A stretch of DNA of 63,754 nucleotides, the filler included, from Candidatus Omnitrophota bacterium (lineage in GTDB: Bacteria; Omnitrophota; Gorgyraeia; JAGLLT01): assembly GCA_023140385.1 (NCBI GenBank). It is 8 parts of 8 records of this genome, joined end to end, with 100 filler letters (N's around TTAATTAATTAA, not from the genome) between each part and the next. Parts side by side here need not be neighbours in the genome. Positions count along the whole stretch, not along the records: positions 25,353 to 51,592 come from JAGLLT010000011.1; 7 more parts are not named here. The stretch is one strand, 5' to 3'. Under the pieces are notes generated by a model that was not told the DNA's origin, did no database searches, and saw nothing but the letters and a program-made list of their open reading frames with translations. The position numbers were made by a program, and so were the translations under genes. The first letter of the stretch is position 1. Each line of letters opens with the position of its first letter. This document shows, in pieces, positions 38,190-47,427 of the stretch.

Positions 38190-38993
38190 ATGAAAGGATC
38201 TATTAAAAAAATGAAAAGGTATCTGTTTATTTGTGATTTCGATAAGACTCTGAGTTTTAACGATTCAGGAGTTCTCTTAAGTGAAAAGATCGGAATTAGT
38301 GAAGAAGAGTTTGAAAGGAAGCTGACTGAAGTAAGAAAGCGCAACATTACTCCATTGGGCGGAGAGTTAGCTTATCTTATTACAAATGACCCGGACTATA
38401 AAGGTAAAGCTACGAAGCAGCTCTTTAAAGAAGTTGGAGCGCGAGTGAAATTAAAGAAAGATGTCGCTAAATTAATGAAAACCTTAAATAAAGGAATAGA
38501 TGAAAATAAATTTTGCTGTTATATCCTTTCTGCCGGCTCCTCTGAAATTATCATTACCGCTTTAAAAAATATTCTACCTTCCGAGCATATTTACGGAACT
38601 ACTTTTATATATAATGATAATGGAAAAGTACGCGGCATAGAACGTACAGGCGCCGGGCAGGGGAAGGTGGCCGCGCTGGATTATTTAAGAGAAAAAGAAA
38701 GGGTACCGCGAGACAGAATTATTTATGTGGGTGACGGTTCCTCCGACCTGCATGTAATGCTTCATGTTAACGCTTATGGCGGCTATCCTATAGCAGTTTC
38801 ACCTTCGCCATACTTAGGGCATATCTCTAAAAGGACTGTTCTTTCTGATAATGCCTTAAGTATCTTAGCTCCTGTTTTAGAGGAGATAATGGGTTACGAT
38901 GAGAATAAGATTAAATCCTTTTTTGCTGATATTGGCCACACAATTTCGGAGTGGAGCAGGGTAAAGACTGATTGGATAACCCTGGAGGATTAA
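38190..38993 (+). CDS. HAD-superfamily hydrolase/phosphatase
   Basis: CDFDKTL (motif I), ILSAG (II), GK (III) and YVGDGSSD (IV); start may be 38211. Confidence 0.85.
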   Translation: MKGSIKKMKRYLFICDFDKTLSFNDSGVLLSEKIGISEEEFERKLTEVRKRNITPLGGELAYLITNDPDYKGKATKQLFKEVGARVKLKKDVAKLMKTLNKGIDENKFCCYILSAGSSEIIITALKNILPSEHIYGTTFIYNDNGKVRGIERTGAGQGKVAALDYLREKERVPRDRIIYVGDGSSDLHVMLHVNAYGGYPIAVSPSPYLGHISKRTVLSDNALSILAPVLEEIMGYDENKIKSFFADIGHTISEWSRVKTDWITLED

Positions 38994-38995
38994 GC

Positions 38996-39385
38996 GTGCG
39001 AGAGAAGATTATGATAGTTGATGATGAAGAAAACATTGTAGAGCTTCTGAGATATAACTTCAAAAAGGAAGGGTTTAAAGTATACGGCGTTTTTAATGGA
39101 GAAGAGGCATTTGATTTGGCGGGGATGCTAAATCCGGATTTAATAATTTTAGATCTTATGCTGCCGGGGCTCCATGGATATGAGGTTTTAAGGCTCATAA
39201 AGAAAAATATGCGCCTTTCTCATATTCCCGTAGTTATTTTAAGCGCCAAAACGTTAAAAGAGGATATAGATAAAGGTATGCGATTGGGCGCCGATGATTA
39301 TGTTACTAAACCTTTTAGCATTGCTGACCTTGTAATCAGGGTAAAAGTGCTGCTTAAAAATAGGGCTTACCCCGTTAGAAATTAA
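38996..39385 (+). CDS. Stand-alone response regulator receiver (PhoB-like REC)
   Basis: IMIVDDEE, ILDLMLPG and GADDYVTKPF; GTG start after GGAGG. Confidence 0.88.
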   Translation: MREKIMIVDDEENIVELLRYNFKKEGFKVYGVFNGEEAFDLAGMLNPDLIILDLMLPGLHGYEVLRLIKKNMRLSHIPVVILSAKTLKEDIDKGMRLGADDYVTKPFSIADLVIRVKVLLKNRAYPVRN

Positions 39386-39399
39386 AAAGGCGCATGGTA

Positions 39400-39458
39400 A
39401 AAGTTCACAAAAAATTCACTTGTTTGTAATTTTTCCTTCACATCCGAAATGTATACTT
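39400..39458 (+). promoter_or_regulatory. Pho-box-like promoter, copy 2
   Basis: Near-identical to 38120-38178; upstream of the porin and pst genes. Confidence 0.7.
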
Positions 39459-39485
39459 TTGCTTGAATAAAGGAAAGATGAAAAG

Positions 39486-39629
39486 ATGAAGATAATAATT
39501 ATCTGTTTGGTTATGTTGGTTTTTTTGATTTTAGTTTGGCTGAGAATGAAAAAATATAGAGATAAATTAGAGCCAAACACGAAGATTATTGTTGATTTAA
39601 TAAATAAACTGGGGGATGAGAAAAAATGA
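39486..39629 (+). CDS. Putative 47-aa single-TM protein
   Basis: MKIIIICLVMLVFLILVWLRMKKYRDKLEPNTKIIVDLINKLGDEKK; below the ORF-track cutoff; first ORF after the Pho promoter. Confidence 0.4.
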   Translation: MKIIIICLVMLVFLILVWLRMKKYRDKLEPNTKIIVDLINKLGDEKK

Positions 39630-39694
39630 GGAGGTGATAAGGGGATAGAAAAATTTTTCTAATAATGTAAAAACAAACGAAAGGAAAAGAAAAA

Positions 39695-40900
39695 ATGTTT
39701 AAAGGATTTAGGGTAACAGGGTTAATGGCGCTAATAGTATTTTTTATACTGCCGGTGATGGCGCGGGCTGATGAACCGCTTTTGGATTTACTGCGTAAGA
39801 AAGGGGTTATTAGTTACGAAGAGGCGGAAAAGATAAAAATAGAAACGACGGAAAACAAGGCGGACTCTCTTATTTCCCTTAAGGGCGCGGATATTCGTCT
39901 GGGCGGAGAATTAGAGATAGAGTTCAGAGATACACAGAAGGATGAAGGGATATCTGACGCGGAGGCGAGGTTTCAGTTTGATAAGTTTGTGCTGAAGCCG
40001 GAGGTAAATTTTACGAAGTCAAATATTTCCTTAAAGGCGGAATTGGAATTTAAGCCGGATGAAGCTTACTTTGCTAACGGTGGTATTTATTTCAAAAATT
40101 TGCCTTTAGACTCACAAATTTTTGCCGGGTTGAAGAGCAGATTTATTGGTGCTTCCCGTAAAACCGAGGTTTATCCTTTGGTGGGTACCGCTTTATGGAG
40201 GTATGAGCAGCTTCAGGTAAACTGGGAAGCGGAGCAAGATCCTTTTTATTGGGGCGTTGCTTTTGGAGAAGGTTTGAGACTTGGAACTAAGCAAGTAGCC
40301 GAGGATTCCAGCTATAAGATGCTGCGGGATAATCGCAATGTGGCAGAGAAGACAGGCCATCCGGAATATGGAATTAAGTTAGGCGTTAGTCCTGACATTG
40401 GAGATTGGGGCAGTTTGGATGTTTTGGGCTTTGGATTTTTCGGAGAATTAAACAGTGATGACATTGATTTACTGGCGAGTAAATTATCCGACTATGACTC
40501 TAACTCCGACACAATGCGCCGTATCGGCGGGAGATTGGTTTATAAGTATAAATTTGACAAATTGAAGGAACTTACTTTAGTAGGTGAAGGAGCACGGTTT
40601 GATGATGGGGTTTTGGAAAGAACAGCCTGGTATGTCCAGGGTTCACATAAATGGAAATTTAAGAGAACCTATCTTTGCTCCTTTGAACCCTTAATAAGAT
40701 ATGGCAAGCTGGATACGGACTGGACAAAATCTTTTAGCAAATCTGCCTCCTGGGATAGAGAGATGCTGACCGTCGCCTTAATTACAGAGCTTGCCAAAAA
40801 CGTCAAGCTAAAGGCCGAATATTATATCAACGATGAGAAAACCGGCGATAGGAGTGTAAACAACGATGAATTTCTCGTGCAGTTGGAATATAAGTTCTAA
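39695..40900 (+). CDS. Outer-membrane beta-barrel, probable phosphate-selective porin
   Basis: Signal peptide, LLDLLRKKGVIS plug motif, amphipathic strands and C-terminal EYKF; directly upstream of pstS. Confidence 0.72.
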   Translation: MFKGFRVTGLMALIVFFILPVMARADEPLLDLLRKKGVISYEEAEKIKIETTENKADSLISLKGADIRLGGELEIEFRDTQKDEGISDAEARFQFDKFVLKPEVNFTKSNISLKAELEFKPDEAYFANGGIYFKNLPLDSQIFAGLKSRFIGASRKTEVYPLVGTALWRYEQLQVNWEAEQDPFYWGVAFGEGLRLGTKQVAEDSSYKMLRDNRNVAEKTGHPEYGIKLGVSPDIGDWGSLDVLGFGFFGELNSDDIDLLASKLSDYDSNSDTMRRIGGRLVYKYKFDKLKELTLVGEGARFDDGVLERTAWYVQGSHKWKFKRTYLCSFEPLIRYGKLDTDWTKSFSKSASWDREMLTVALITELAKNVKLKAEYYINDEKTGDRSVNNDEFLVQLEYKF

Positions 40901-40906
40901 TTTATT

Positions 40907-40960
40907 GTCACTAACATTTTGCAAAATTGTCACAGAATTGTAACAATTGAATGTTAAGCT
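40907..40960 (+). promoter_or_regulatory. Pho-box-like promoter of pstS
   Basis: GTCACT (40907), GTCACA (40929) and GTAACA (40940) on an 11-bp register; extended -10 TGTTAAGCT. Confidence 0.6.
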
Positions 40961-40989
40961 TATTAAAAGTTAAAAGGAGAAGAGTTCAG

Positions 40990-41811
40990 ATGAAAAGAAT
41001 GATTTTACAAGGTTTATTAGGGTTATTCATTCTGGGTTTAATAGCTCAGGGTGTTTGTGCCGAGGGCGGCCGGCTTGTTATTCAGGGGTCAACTACGGTT
41101 TTGCCCATTGCCCAGAATTGCGCTGAGACGTTTATGAAGAGCCATCCGGCGGCAGACATTTCAGTCCGCGGCGGCGGCTCGGGAACGGGCATTGCCGCTT
41201 TAATTGACGGTATATGCGATGTTGCCGACTCTTCCCGCCCAATGAAAAAAAAGGAAATATTAAAAGCTAATGAAAAAGGCGTAAACCCCGAACCGTATGT
41301 AGTTGCTATGGATGGAATCGCGGTGATTGTTCATTCTTCAAATCCAGTTAATAAACTTACACTTACTCAAATTAAAGATATCTATACTGGCGGAATATCT
41401 AACTGGAGCGAGCTTGGAGGCGGGAATCAAAAAATAGTTGTTATCTCAAGAGATGTTGCCTCGGGGACATATGAGGCTTTCGGTAAGCTGGCATTAAAAA
41501 AACAGCGTGTGCGTCCGGATGCCTTACTTCAAGCTTCTAATGTGGCTGTGGCGCAAACAGTTAAGCGCGCAAAAGGCGCTATTGGTTATGTGGGCCTGGG
41601 GTATTTAAATTCTCAGGTTAAGGCTTTGGTTGTTGATGGTGTTAAGCCTTCGGTTAAGACTGTTCTTAGCGGCACTTATCCAATATCCCGGCCTTTATTT
41701 ATGTATACCAATGGTAAACCAAAAGGATTGACTAAGGATTTTATTGAATTTGTCTTGAGTGAAGAAGGACAAAAAATAGTCGGGAAACAGGGCTTTGTTT
41801 CCTTGAAATAA
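40990..41811 (+). CDS. pstS: Phosphate ABC transporter substrate-binding protein
   Basis: GSTTVLP, GGGSGTG, SRDVASGT and YPISRPLFMY. Confidence 0.93.
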   Translation: MKRMILQGLLGLFILGLIAQGVCAEGGRLVIQGSTTVLPIAQNCAETFMKSHPAADISVRGGGSGTGIAALIDGICDVADSSRPMKKKEILKANEKGVNPEPYVVAMDGIAVIVHSSNPVNKLTLTQIKDIYTGGISNWSELGGGNQKIVVISRDVASGTYEAFGKLALKKQRVRPDALLQASNVAVAQTVKRAKGAIGYVGLGYLNSQVKALVVDGVKPSVKTVLSGTYPISRPLFMYTNGKPKGLTKDFIEFVLSEEGQKIVGKQGFVSLK

Positions 41812-41819
41812 ATTAAATT

Positions 41820-42698
41820 ATGAAAAGAGCGCGAAAAGAAAATTTAATCAAAAGACTTTTTTGTCTATTTTCTTTATTCTCCATTGTTTTCCTCTTGGGA
41901 ATTGTTATAGTTTTGTTCAAAGAAGGGCTGCCCATTTTTAAAGTAACATCTTTTGGAAAGTTCTTCTTTGGTAAATTCTGGTATCCTACCTATGAGCCGC
42001 CTGATTTTGGGATTTTACCTTTACTTTTGGGTTCTCTTTGGGTTACCGCGGGAGCGTTGATTATTGCTGTTCCCTTAGGAGTGGCTTCCGCTGTTTATAT
42101 TTCAGAAGTTGCTCATCCCAAAATAAAAGGGCTTATAAAGCCGGCAATAGAACTTCTTGCCGGTGTTCCTTCTGTGGTTTATGGTTTTTTCGGAATGGTG
42201 GTTGTGGCGCCTTTAGTGCAGAAATTTTTCGGTTTACCTGTGGGCTTGAATGCCCTTACCGCCTCTATTCTATTAGGTGTTATGGCTATTCCTACTATAA
42301 CCAGTATTTCAGAAGACGCAATCTCTTCGGTTCCTAAGAGTTTTAAGGAGGCTTCTTACGCTTTGGGGGCAAATAGATGGGAAACTACTGTTAAAGTAAC
42401 CGTGCCCTCCGCGGCGGGTGGAATAAGCACTGCTATTATTCTCGGTATGGGCAGGGCTATCGGAGAAACCATGACTGTGTTGATGGTTGCCGGGGGAGCG
42501 GCGGTTATCCCTCGTTCTTTTTTTCAACCCGTGCGGACTATGACCGCGACCATTGCCGCTGAGATGGGAGAAACAGTCGTAGGAAGTGAGCACTTCCACG
42601 CTCTTTTTGCTATCGCGTTAGTGCTTTTTGTGCTGACCTTAAGTTTAAACATTGGAGCTGATGTTTTAACGCAGAAGTTCAGAAAAAGACTGCGTTAA
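41820..42698 (+). CDS. pstC: Phosphate ABC transporter permease PstC
   Basis: [15 protein letters not shown] and GRAIGETM. Confidence 0.93.
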   Translation: MKRARKENLIKRLFCLFSLFSIVFLLGIVIVLFKEGLPIFKVTSFGKFFFGKFWYPTYEPPDFGILPLLLGSLWVTAGALIIAVPLGVASAVYISEVAHPKIKGLIKPAIELLAGVPSVVYGFFGMVVVAPLVQKFFGLPVGLNALTASILLGVMAIPTITSISEDAISSVPKSFKEASYALGANRWETTVKVTVPSAAGGISTAIILGMGRAIGETMTVLMVAGGAAVIPRSFFQPVRTMTATIAAEMGETVVGSEHFHALFAIALVLFVLTLSLNIGADVLTQKFRKRLR

Positions 42699-42735
42699 AA
42701 TCCGCGCCTTGGGGCGGGCATGAGAAAGGTGTAAT

Positions 42736-43590
42736 GTGGATATAAGAAAAACCAAAGAATTTATAGGTTTTGGAGTTTTAAAATCAGCCGCTGTAATTGT
42801 TCTTTTAGCGCTTTTTGCTATTCTCTATTTTGTCGCTGCCAGAGGAATAAAGGTGATTAACTGGGAGTTTTTAACTCAGATGCCCCGCTCAGGGATGACC
42901 GCGGGAGGGATTTTACCGGCGATATTAGGCACATTTTATCTGACTATTTGCGCGATTTGTTTTGCCCTGCCTCTGGGAGTGGCGGCGGCGATATATTTAA
43001 CCGAGTACGCGAAGCAAGGGCGGTTGGTGAGAATAATCCGTATCGGAATAAATAATCTTGCCGGCGTTCCGTCCGTTGTCTTCGGACTTTTTGGCCTGGC
43101 GGTTTTTGTTAAATTTTGCGGCTTTGGTATTTCTATTCTTTCAGGCGGCCTTACTCTTGGAATATTAATTCTACCGACAATTATACGTGCCAGTGAAGAA
43201 GCCCTGATGGTTGTTCCCCGGTCTTTTCGCGAAGCTTCTTTGGCTCTGGGGGCGACCAAATGGCAGACTATCAGCAAAGTAGTGCTTCCCAACGCTGTTT
43301 CAGGGATGTTAACCGGCTCAATATTGGGTATTGGCAGGGCTGCCGGCGAGACGGCTCCCATTCTTTTTACCGCTGTTACCTTTTATTCCGCGAGGCTTCC
43401 TCGTTCGGTTTTTAGCGAGGTGCAGGCTTTGCCTTATCATATCTACGCCCTTATGACCGAAGGCACGCATCCTGAGGCTCAGATACCCATTGCTTACGGC
43501 GCGGCGTTGGTTTTAGTCTCTTTGGTTTTAGGCATAGACTTAATCGCTATTATTATACGTAATCGATTTAGGAGGAGGAAGAAGTGGTAA
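42736..43590 (+). CDS. pstA: Phosphate ABC transporter permease PstA
   Basis: [14 protein letters not shown] and GRAAGETAP. Confidence 0.93.
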   Translation: MDIRKTKEFIGFGVLKSAAVIVLLALFAILYFVAARGIKVINWEFLTQMPRSGMTAGGILPAILGTFYLTICAICFALPLGVAAAIYLTEYAKQGRLVRIIRIGINNLAGVPSVVFGLFGLAVFVKFCGFGISILSGGLTLGILILPTIIRASEEALMVVPRSFREASLALGATKWQTISKVVLPNAVSGMLTGSILGIGRAAGETAPILFTAVTFYSARLPRSVFSEVQALPYHIYALMTEGTHPEAQIPIAYGAALVLVSLVLGIDLIAIIIRNRFRRRKKW

Positions 43591-44402
43591 AATTAGTCCA
43601 TAGTCCATACCCTAGCGGGCACAGGCAGTCCATAGTCCACAATGAAACTAATATTAGAATTTCTATCCGCGACTTAAACATCTGGTACGCTAGCGCGCGG
43701 GCGGTAAAGGATGTAAGCCTTGATATTGAGAAGAACAAAGTTACAGCTATTATTGGGCCGTCAGGGTGCGGTAAGTCTACATTAATCAGAGCTGTTAACC
43801 GGATGAACGATATTATTCCCGGGGTGAAGGTTAAGGGAGAGATTTTATTGGATGGGAAAAATATTTATGATGAGGATATAGATGTGGTAACAATAAGAAA
43901 AATGGTCGGGATGGTTTTTCAGAGATCAAACCCATTCCCAAAAAGCATATTTGAAAATGTTGCCTATGGGCTTAAGATCAACGGTTTTCCCGGAAAAAAG
44001 AAACTTGCCGAAAGGATTGAACAGTCCTTAAAAGACGCCGCTTTGTGGGATGAGGTGAAAGACAGGCTGGGTGATTCGGCCCTTGATCTATCGGGCGGCC
44101 AGCAGCAGCGTTTATGTATCGCGCGCGCCCTGGCGGTGGAGCCGGAGGTGGTTCTTTTCGATGAGCCGTGTTCCGCCTTGGATCCGGTCGCTACGGCAAG
44201 GATTGAGGAGTTGATTCAGGAGCTGAAAGAAAAATATACCATAGTCATTGTAACGCATAATATGCAGCAAGCGGCCAGAATTTCAGATTTCTGCACTTTC
44301 CTTATGCTGGGGGAGTTGATAGAATTTGATAAAACTGATAAAATATTTACCACGCCTTCCAAAAAAGTTACCGAGGATTATATTACTGGGAGGTTTGGAT
44401 GA
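43584..44402 (+). CDS. pstB: Phosphate ABC transporter ATPase PstB
   Basis: [31 protein letters not shown] and YITGRFG. Confidence 0.95.
   Translation: MVKLVHSPYPSGHRQSIVHNETNIRISIRDLNIWYASARAVKDVSLDIEKNKVTAIIGPSGCGKSTLIRAVNRMNDIIPGVKVKGEILLDGKNIYDEDIDVVTIRKMVGMVFQRSNPFPKSIFENVAYGLKINGFPGKKKLAERIEQSLKDAALWDEVKDRLGDSALDLSGGQQQRLCIARALAVEPEVVLFDEPCSALDPVATARIEELIQELKEKYTIVIVTHNMQQAARISDFCTFLMLGELIEFDKTDKIFTTPSKKVTEDYITGRFG
43594..43641 (+). repeat. 7-nt TAGTCCA repeats interrupted by a mini-hairpin, within the pstB 5' coding region
   Basis: TAGTCCA TAGTCCA TACCCTAGCGGGCACAGG CAGTCCA TAGTCCA CA. Confidence 0.75.
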
Positions 44403-44411
44403 TACAGAAGA

Positions 44412-44465
44412 AACCAGATACCAGTTGCCAGTAACCAGAAAATGGAAGATCCAATATCTGGTTAC
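44412..44465 (+). repeat. 4 x 7-nt (A/T)ACCAG(A/T) repeat with a downstream inverted unit, between pstB and phoU
   Basis: AACCAGA TACCAGT TGCCAGT AACCAGA ... TCTGGTTAC. Confidence 0.65.
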
Positions 44466-44492
44466 TCTGAACGACTGAAAGGAGTGAGAAGA

Positions 44493-45155
44493 ATGGAAAG
44501 ACATTTTGATGAGGAGTTGAGCGGGTTGAAAAGCCGGTTATTGAAAATGAGCGCTCTTGTTGAAGAGGTTATCAGCCGTTCGGTAAAGGCCCTGGTGGAA
44601 CGCAAGGCTGAGCTGGTGGAGGAAGTTATTAAAAATGATGAGGTGATAAATATGCTGGAGATTGAGATAGATGAGTTGTGCCTCAAGCTTTTAGCCCTTT
44701 ATCAGCCGGCGGCGGTTGACTTAAGGTTTGTTTGCTCGGCGATGAAGATTAATAATGAACTTGAACGCATAGGCGATCAGGCGGTTAATATTGCCGAGCG
44801 CGCGCGGGAGGTAATTAAAGAGCCGCTCCTTAAACCTTTAATAGATATACCCCGTATGGGTTTATTAGCGCAAAAAATGGTAAAAGATGCCATCGACGCT
44901 TTGGTTAATAAAGATGATGTTTTGGCCGGGGAGGTTTGCCGGAGAGACGATGAGGTAGACAGCTTAAATAATCAGATATTCAGGGAACTTCTTACCTATA
45001 TGATAGAAGACCCCAAAACAATTACCAGAGCGGTGGAACTTATCCTGGTAGGAAGGCATTTGGAGCGTATAGCGGATCACGCTACCAATATCTCCGAAGA
45101 CGTTATCTACTTCTTAAAAGGCAAAAACATAAAACACCACTTAGAAGATCAATAA
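44493..45155 (+). CDS. phoU: Phosphate signalling protein PhoU
   Basis: MERHFDEEL, QPAAVDLR, ELERIGDQAVNIAE and HLERIADHATNI. Confidence 0.95.
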   Translation: MERHFDEELSGLKSRLLKMSALVEEVISRSVKALVERKAELVEEVIKNDEVINMLEIEIDELCLKLLALYQPAAVDLRFVCSAMKINNELERIGDQAVNIAERAREVIKEPLLKPLIDIPRMGLLAQKMVKDAIDALVNKDDVLAGEVCRRDDEVDSLNNQIFRELLTYMIEDPKTITRAVELILVGRHLERIADHATNISEDVIYFLKGKNIKHHLEDQ

Positions 45156-45366
45156 AAAACGCAGTAATTGCTCATTCCAATTAGCCCGCCTTACATGCTT
45201 CCGTGAAGAATAGTACAACTTTCCCGGTTTTAATTCAATTGCTTTTTACGCTGATTTTTGATATAAATAAACTTACCGGAGATTTGATGTTTTTTATCGC
45301 GATTTCCGGCAGCGGGGTTGTAAGGAGTAATCTTAAAAATAGACCGAGATTCGGGGGGATAAACCA

Positions 45367-46929
45367 ATGACTTTAACGGAGATGTTAAAAGAAAATTGTA
45401 GAATTTATTCCAAGAGAAATGCTCTTATCTTTGGGAAGAAACGCATTGGTTACCGTCAGTTAAATGAGCAGGTCATTGCGGTAAGTTACGGGTTAATCCG
45501 GTTAGGAATAAAGAAAGATGAAAAAATAGCTATTCTATTGAAAAATTGTCCGGAATATATTGTAAGCTATTTTGCTATTCTAAAGGCCGGGGGAATAGTT
45601 ATCCCTTTGAATTTTATGCTTAAGGAAGAGGAGTTAAAATATATACTGGATGACGCTGAGGCTTCTACTATTATTACTTCGCCGGAGTTTATGCCCGTAA
45701 TCAATCGCCTGAAGCTGCGGTTGGAGAATTTAAAACAGGTAATAGTAGCGGGAGGGAAAACTCCGGAAACCATAGATTTTTGCGATCTGTTGAATCAACG
45801 CGGCTCGCCTGTCGCGCGGGAACCGGGTGAATCTTTGGCCGGTGAGGAAGTTTTGGATCTTAAGCCTGATGATGTAGCGGCTATCCTCTATACCTCCGGC
45901 ACTACCGGACATCCTAAGGGGGTAATGTTAACCCACAGAAATCTTATCTCTAATATTATCTCATCTATAAAAGCAATTAAGTTCACTAAAAAGGACAGAT
46001 TCCTGTGTCTTTTGCCGATGTTTCATTCATTTACCTGGATGGCTTGTATCTTGGCCCCTTTATATTTAGGGGCATCGATTGCCATTGTGGAATCGGTGAA
46101 GCCGTTTGGGAAGGTGATCAGAAATATCATCAGAAATAGGATAACTATCTTTGTGGGTATTCCTCCGATATATAATGTGCTCTCCAATATTCCTGTTCCC
46201 AGGATACTTATTTCCAGGTTACTGCGAATACTTAATCCTTTACGAATATATATATCCGGCGCTGCCAGTTTACCCGTTGAGGTATTAAGGAAATTTGAGG
46301 AAAAATTTCGTATCCCCATTTTAGAAGGATACGGTCTTACTGAGGCTTCACCTGTGGTATCCATTAATCCGCAAGCTCTGAGAAAGCCCGGCTCTGTAGG
46401 CTTACCCATAGTCGGGGTTGAGGTAAAAGTAGTGGATGAAAATAGTAACCAACTGCCCACCGATAAAGAAGGTGAACTTTTAGTTAAAGGCGAGAATGTG
46501 ATGAAGGGCTATTATAAACTTCCCGAGGAAACTAAAAAAACAATAAAAGATGGCTGGTTATATACAGGAGATGTCGCCAAGATTGATAAAGACAACTATA
46601 TCTATATTGTGGATAGAAAGAAGGATATGCTCATTGTGCGGGGCTTAAATGTTTATCCCCGGGAAATAGAAGAAGCGCTCTATCTTCACCCCAAGGTTGC
46701 TGAAGCCGCGGTGATAGGTGTAAAGGATAAATTTAAGGGTGAGATACCCAAGGCATATGTGGTTTTAAAAGAAGGCGAACAGGCAGAAGAAGGAGAGCTC
46801 ATTAGTTTCTTAAGAGAAAGGCTGGCTTCCTATAAAGCGCCTCGTACTATCGAATTCAGAGATTCTTTACCCAAGACCTCTACAGGCAAAATCCTGAAGA
46901 GGGCGCTGAGGAAAGAGAATGTTATATAA
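45367..46929 (+). CDS. Long-chain-fatty-acid--CoA ligase
   Basis: YTSGTTGHPKG, EGYGLTE, TGD, DRKKD and NVYPREIE. Confidence 0.9.
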   Translation: MTLTEMLKENCRIYSKRNALIFGKKRIGYRQLNEQVIAVSYGLIRLGIKKDEKIAILLKNCPEYIVSYFAILKAGGIVIPLNFMLKEEELKYILDDAEASTIITSPEFMPVINRLKLRLENLKQVIVAGGKTPETIDFCDLLNQRGSPVAREPGESLAGEEVLDLKPDDVAAILYTSGTTGHPKGVMLTHRNLISNIISSIKAIKFTKKDRFLCLLPMFHSFTWMACILAPLYLGASIAIVESVKPFGKVIRNIIRNRITIFVGIPPIYNVLSNIPVPRILISRLLRILNPLRIYISGAASLPVEVLRKFEEKFRIPILEGYGLTEASPVVSINPQALRKPGSVGLPIVGVEVKVVDENSNQLPTDKEGELLVKGENVMKGYYKLPEETKKTIKDGWLYTGDVAKIDKDNYIYIVDRKKDMLIVRGLNVYPREIEEALYLHPKVAEAAVIGVKDKFKGEIPKAYVVLKEGEQAEEGELISFLRERLASYKAPRTIEFRDSLPKTSTGKILKRALRKENVI

Positions 46930-47320
46930 GCTTTTTGCCGACGCGATTGTTGTTATACATTTTGCCTGGATATTATTTATGCTAATAGGATTTATACTCA
47001 CCCTAGCAGGTTTTTGGCGGAGGAGATTTTTTGATAAGTGGTTATTTAGGACACTCCATCTCTGCGGCATACTCTATGTCGGGGCTTTAGTCCTCTTACG
47101 GCAATATTGTCCTTTAACCATACTGGAAAATATTTTAAGAACAAAATATAATCCTGAAGTAACTTATCCTATCTCGTTTATAGTTCATTATATTGAGAAG
47201 TTAGTTTACCCGGATATCAATCCGTTAGTAATATTAATACCCACAGTAATTATCGCTGTTTTTACTATAATAATGTTTATAATTAAACCTCCGGCAAAAA
47301 TAAGGAGAATGTTTAAATAG
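46919..47320 (+). CDS. DUF2784 family membrane protein
   Basis: ADAIVVIHFAWILF, CPLTILEN and FIVHYIEKLVY. Confidence 0.75.
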   Translation: MLYKLFADAIVVIHFAWILFMLIGFILTLAGFWRRRFFDKWLFRTLHLCGILYVGALVLLRQYCPLTILENILRTKYNPEVTYPISFIVHYIEKLVYPDINPLVILIPTVIIAVFTIIMFIIKPPAKIRRMFK

Positions 47321-47427
47321 AAAGAGGTTTAAAGAAAGAACTTACTCTTTTAACAGAGACTGCAAAAGGTTTTTTTGCCGGAGAGGAAGAAAGAGAAAAA
47401 GACTGTAACTAAGAGAGGAGTTGTGCT

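Noticed and set aside
39628..39640. Extra GGAGGTG(A) motifs lacking a proper ORF (also near 26203 and 53075 minus)
   Set aside because: Could be standby or CsrA-type sites, but three short purine motifs are insufficient evidence.
45800..45830. GC-rich patch in the acyl-CoA ligase (RGSPVAREPGE) as another inserted palindrome
   Set aside because: Weak pairing, no second copy in the window, and the region is a naturally variable linker.
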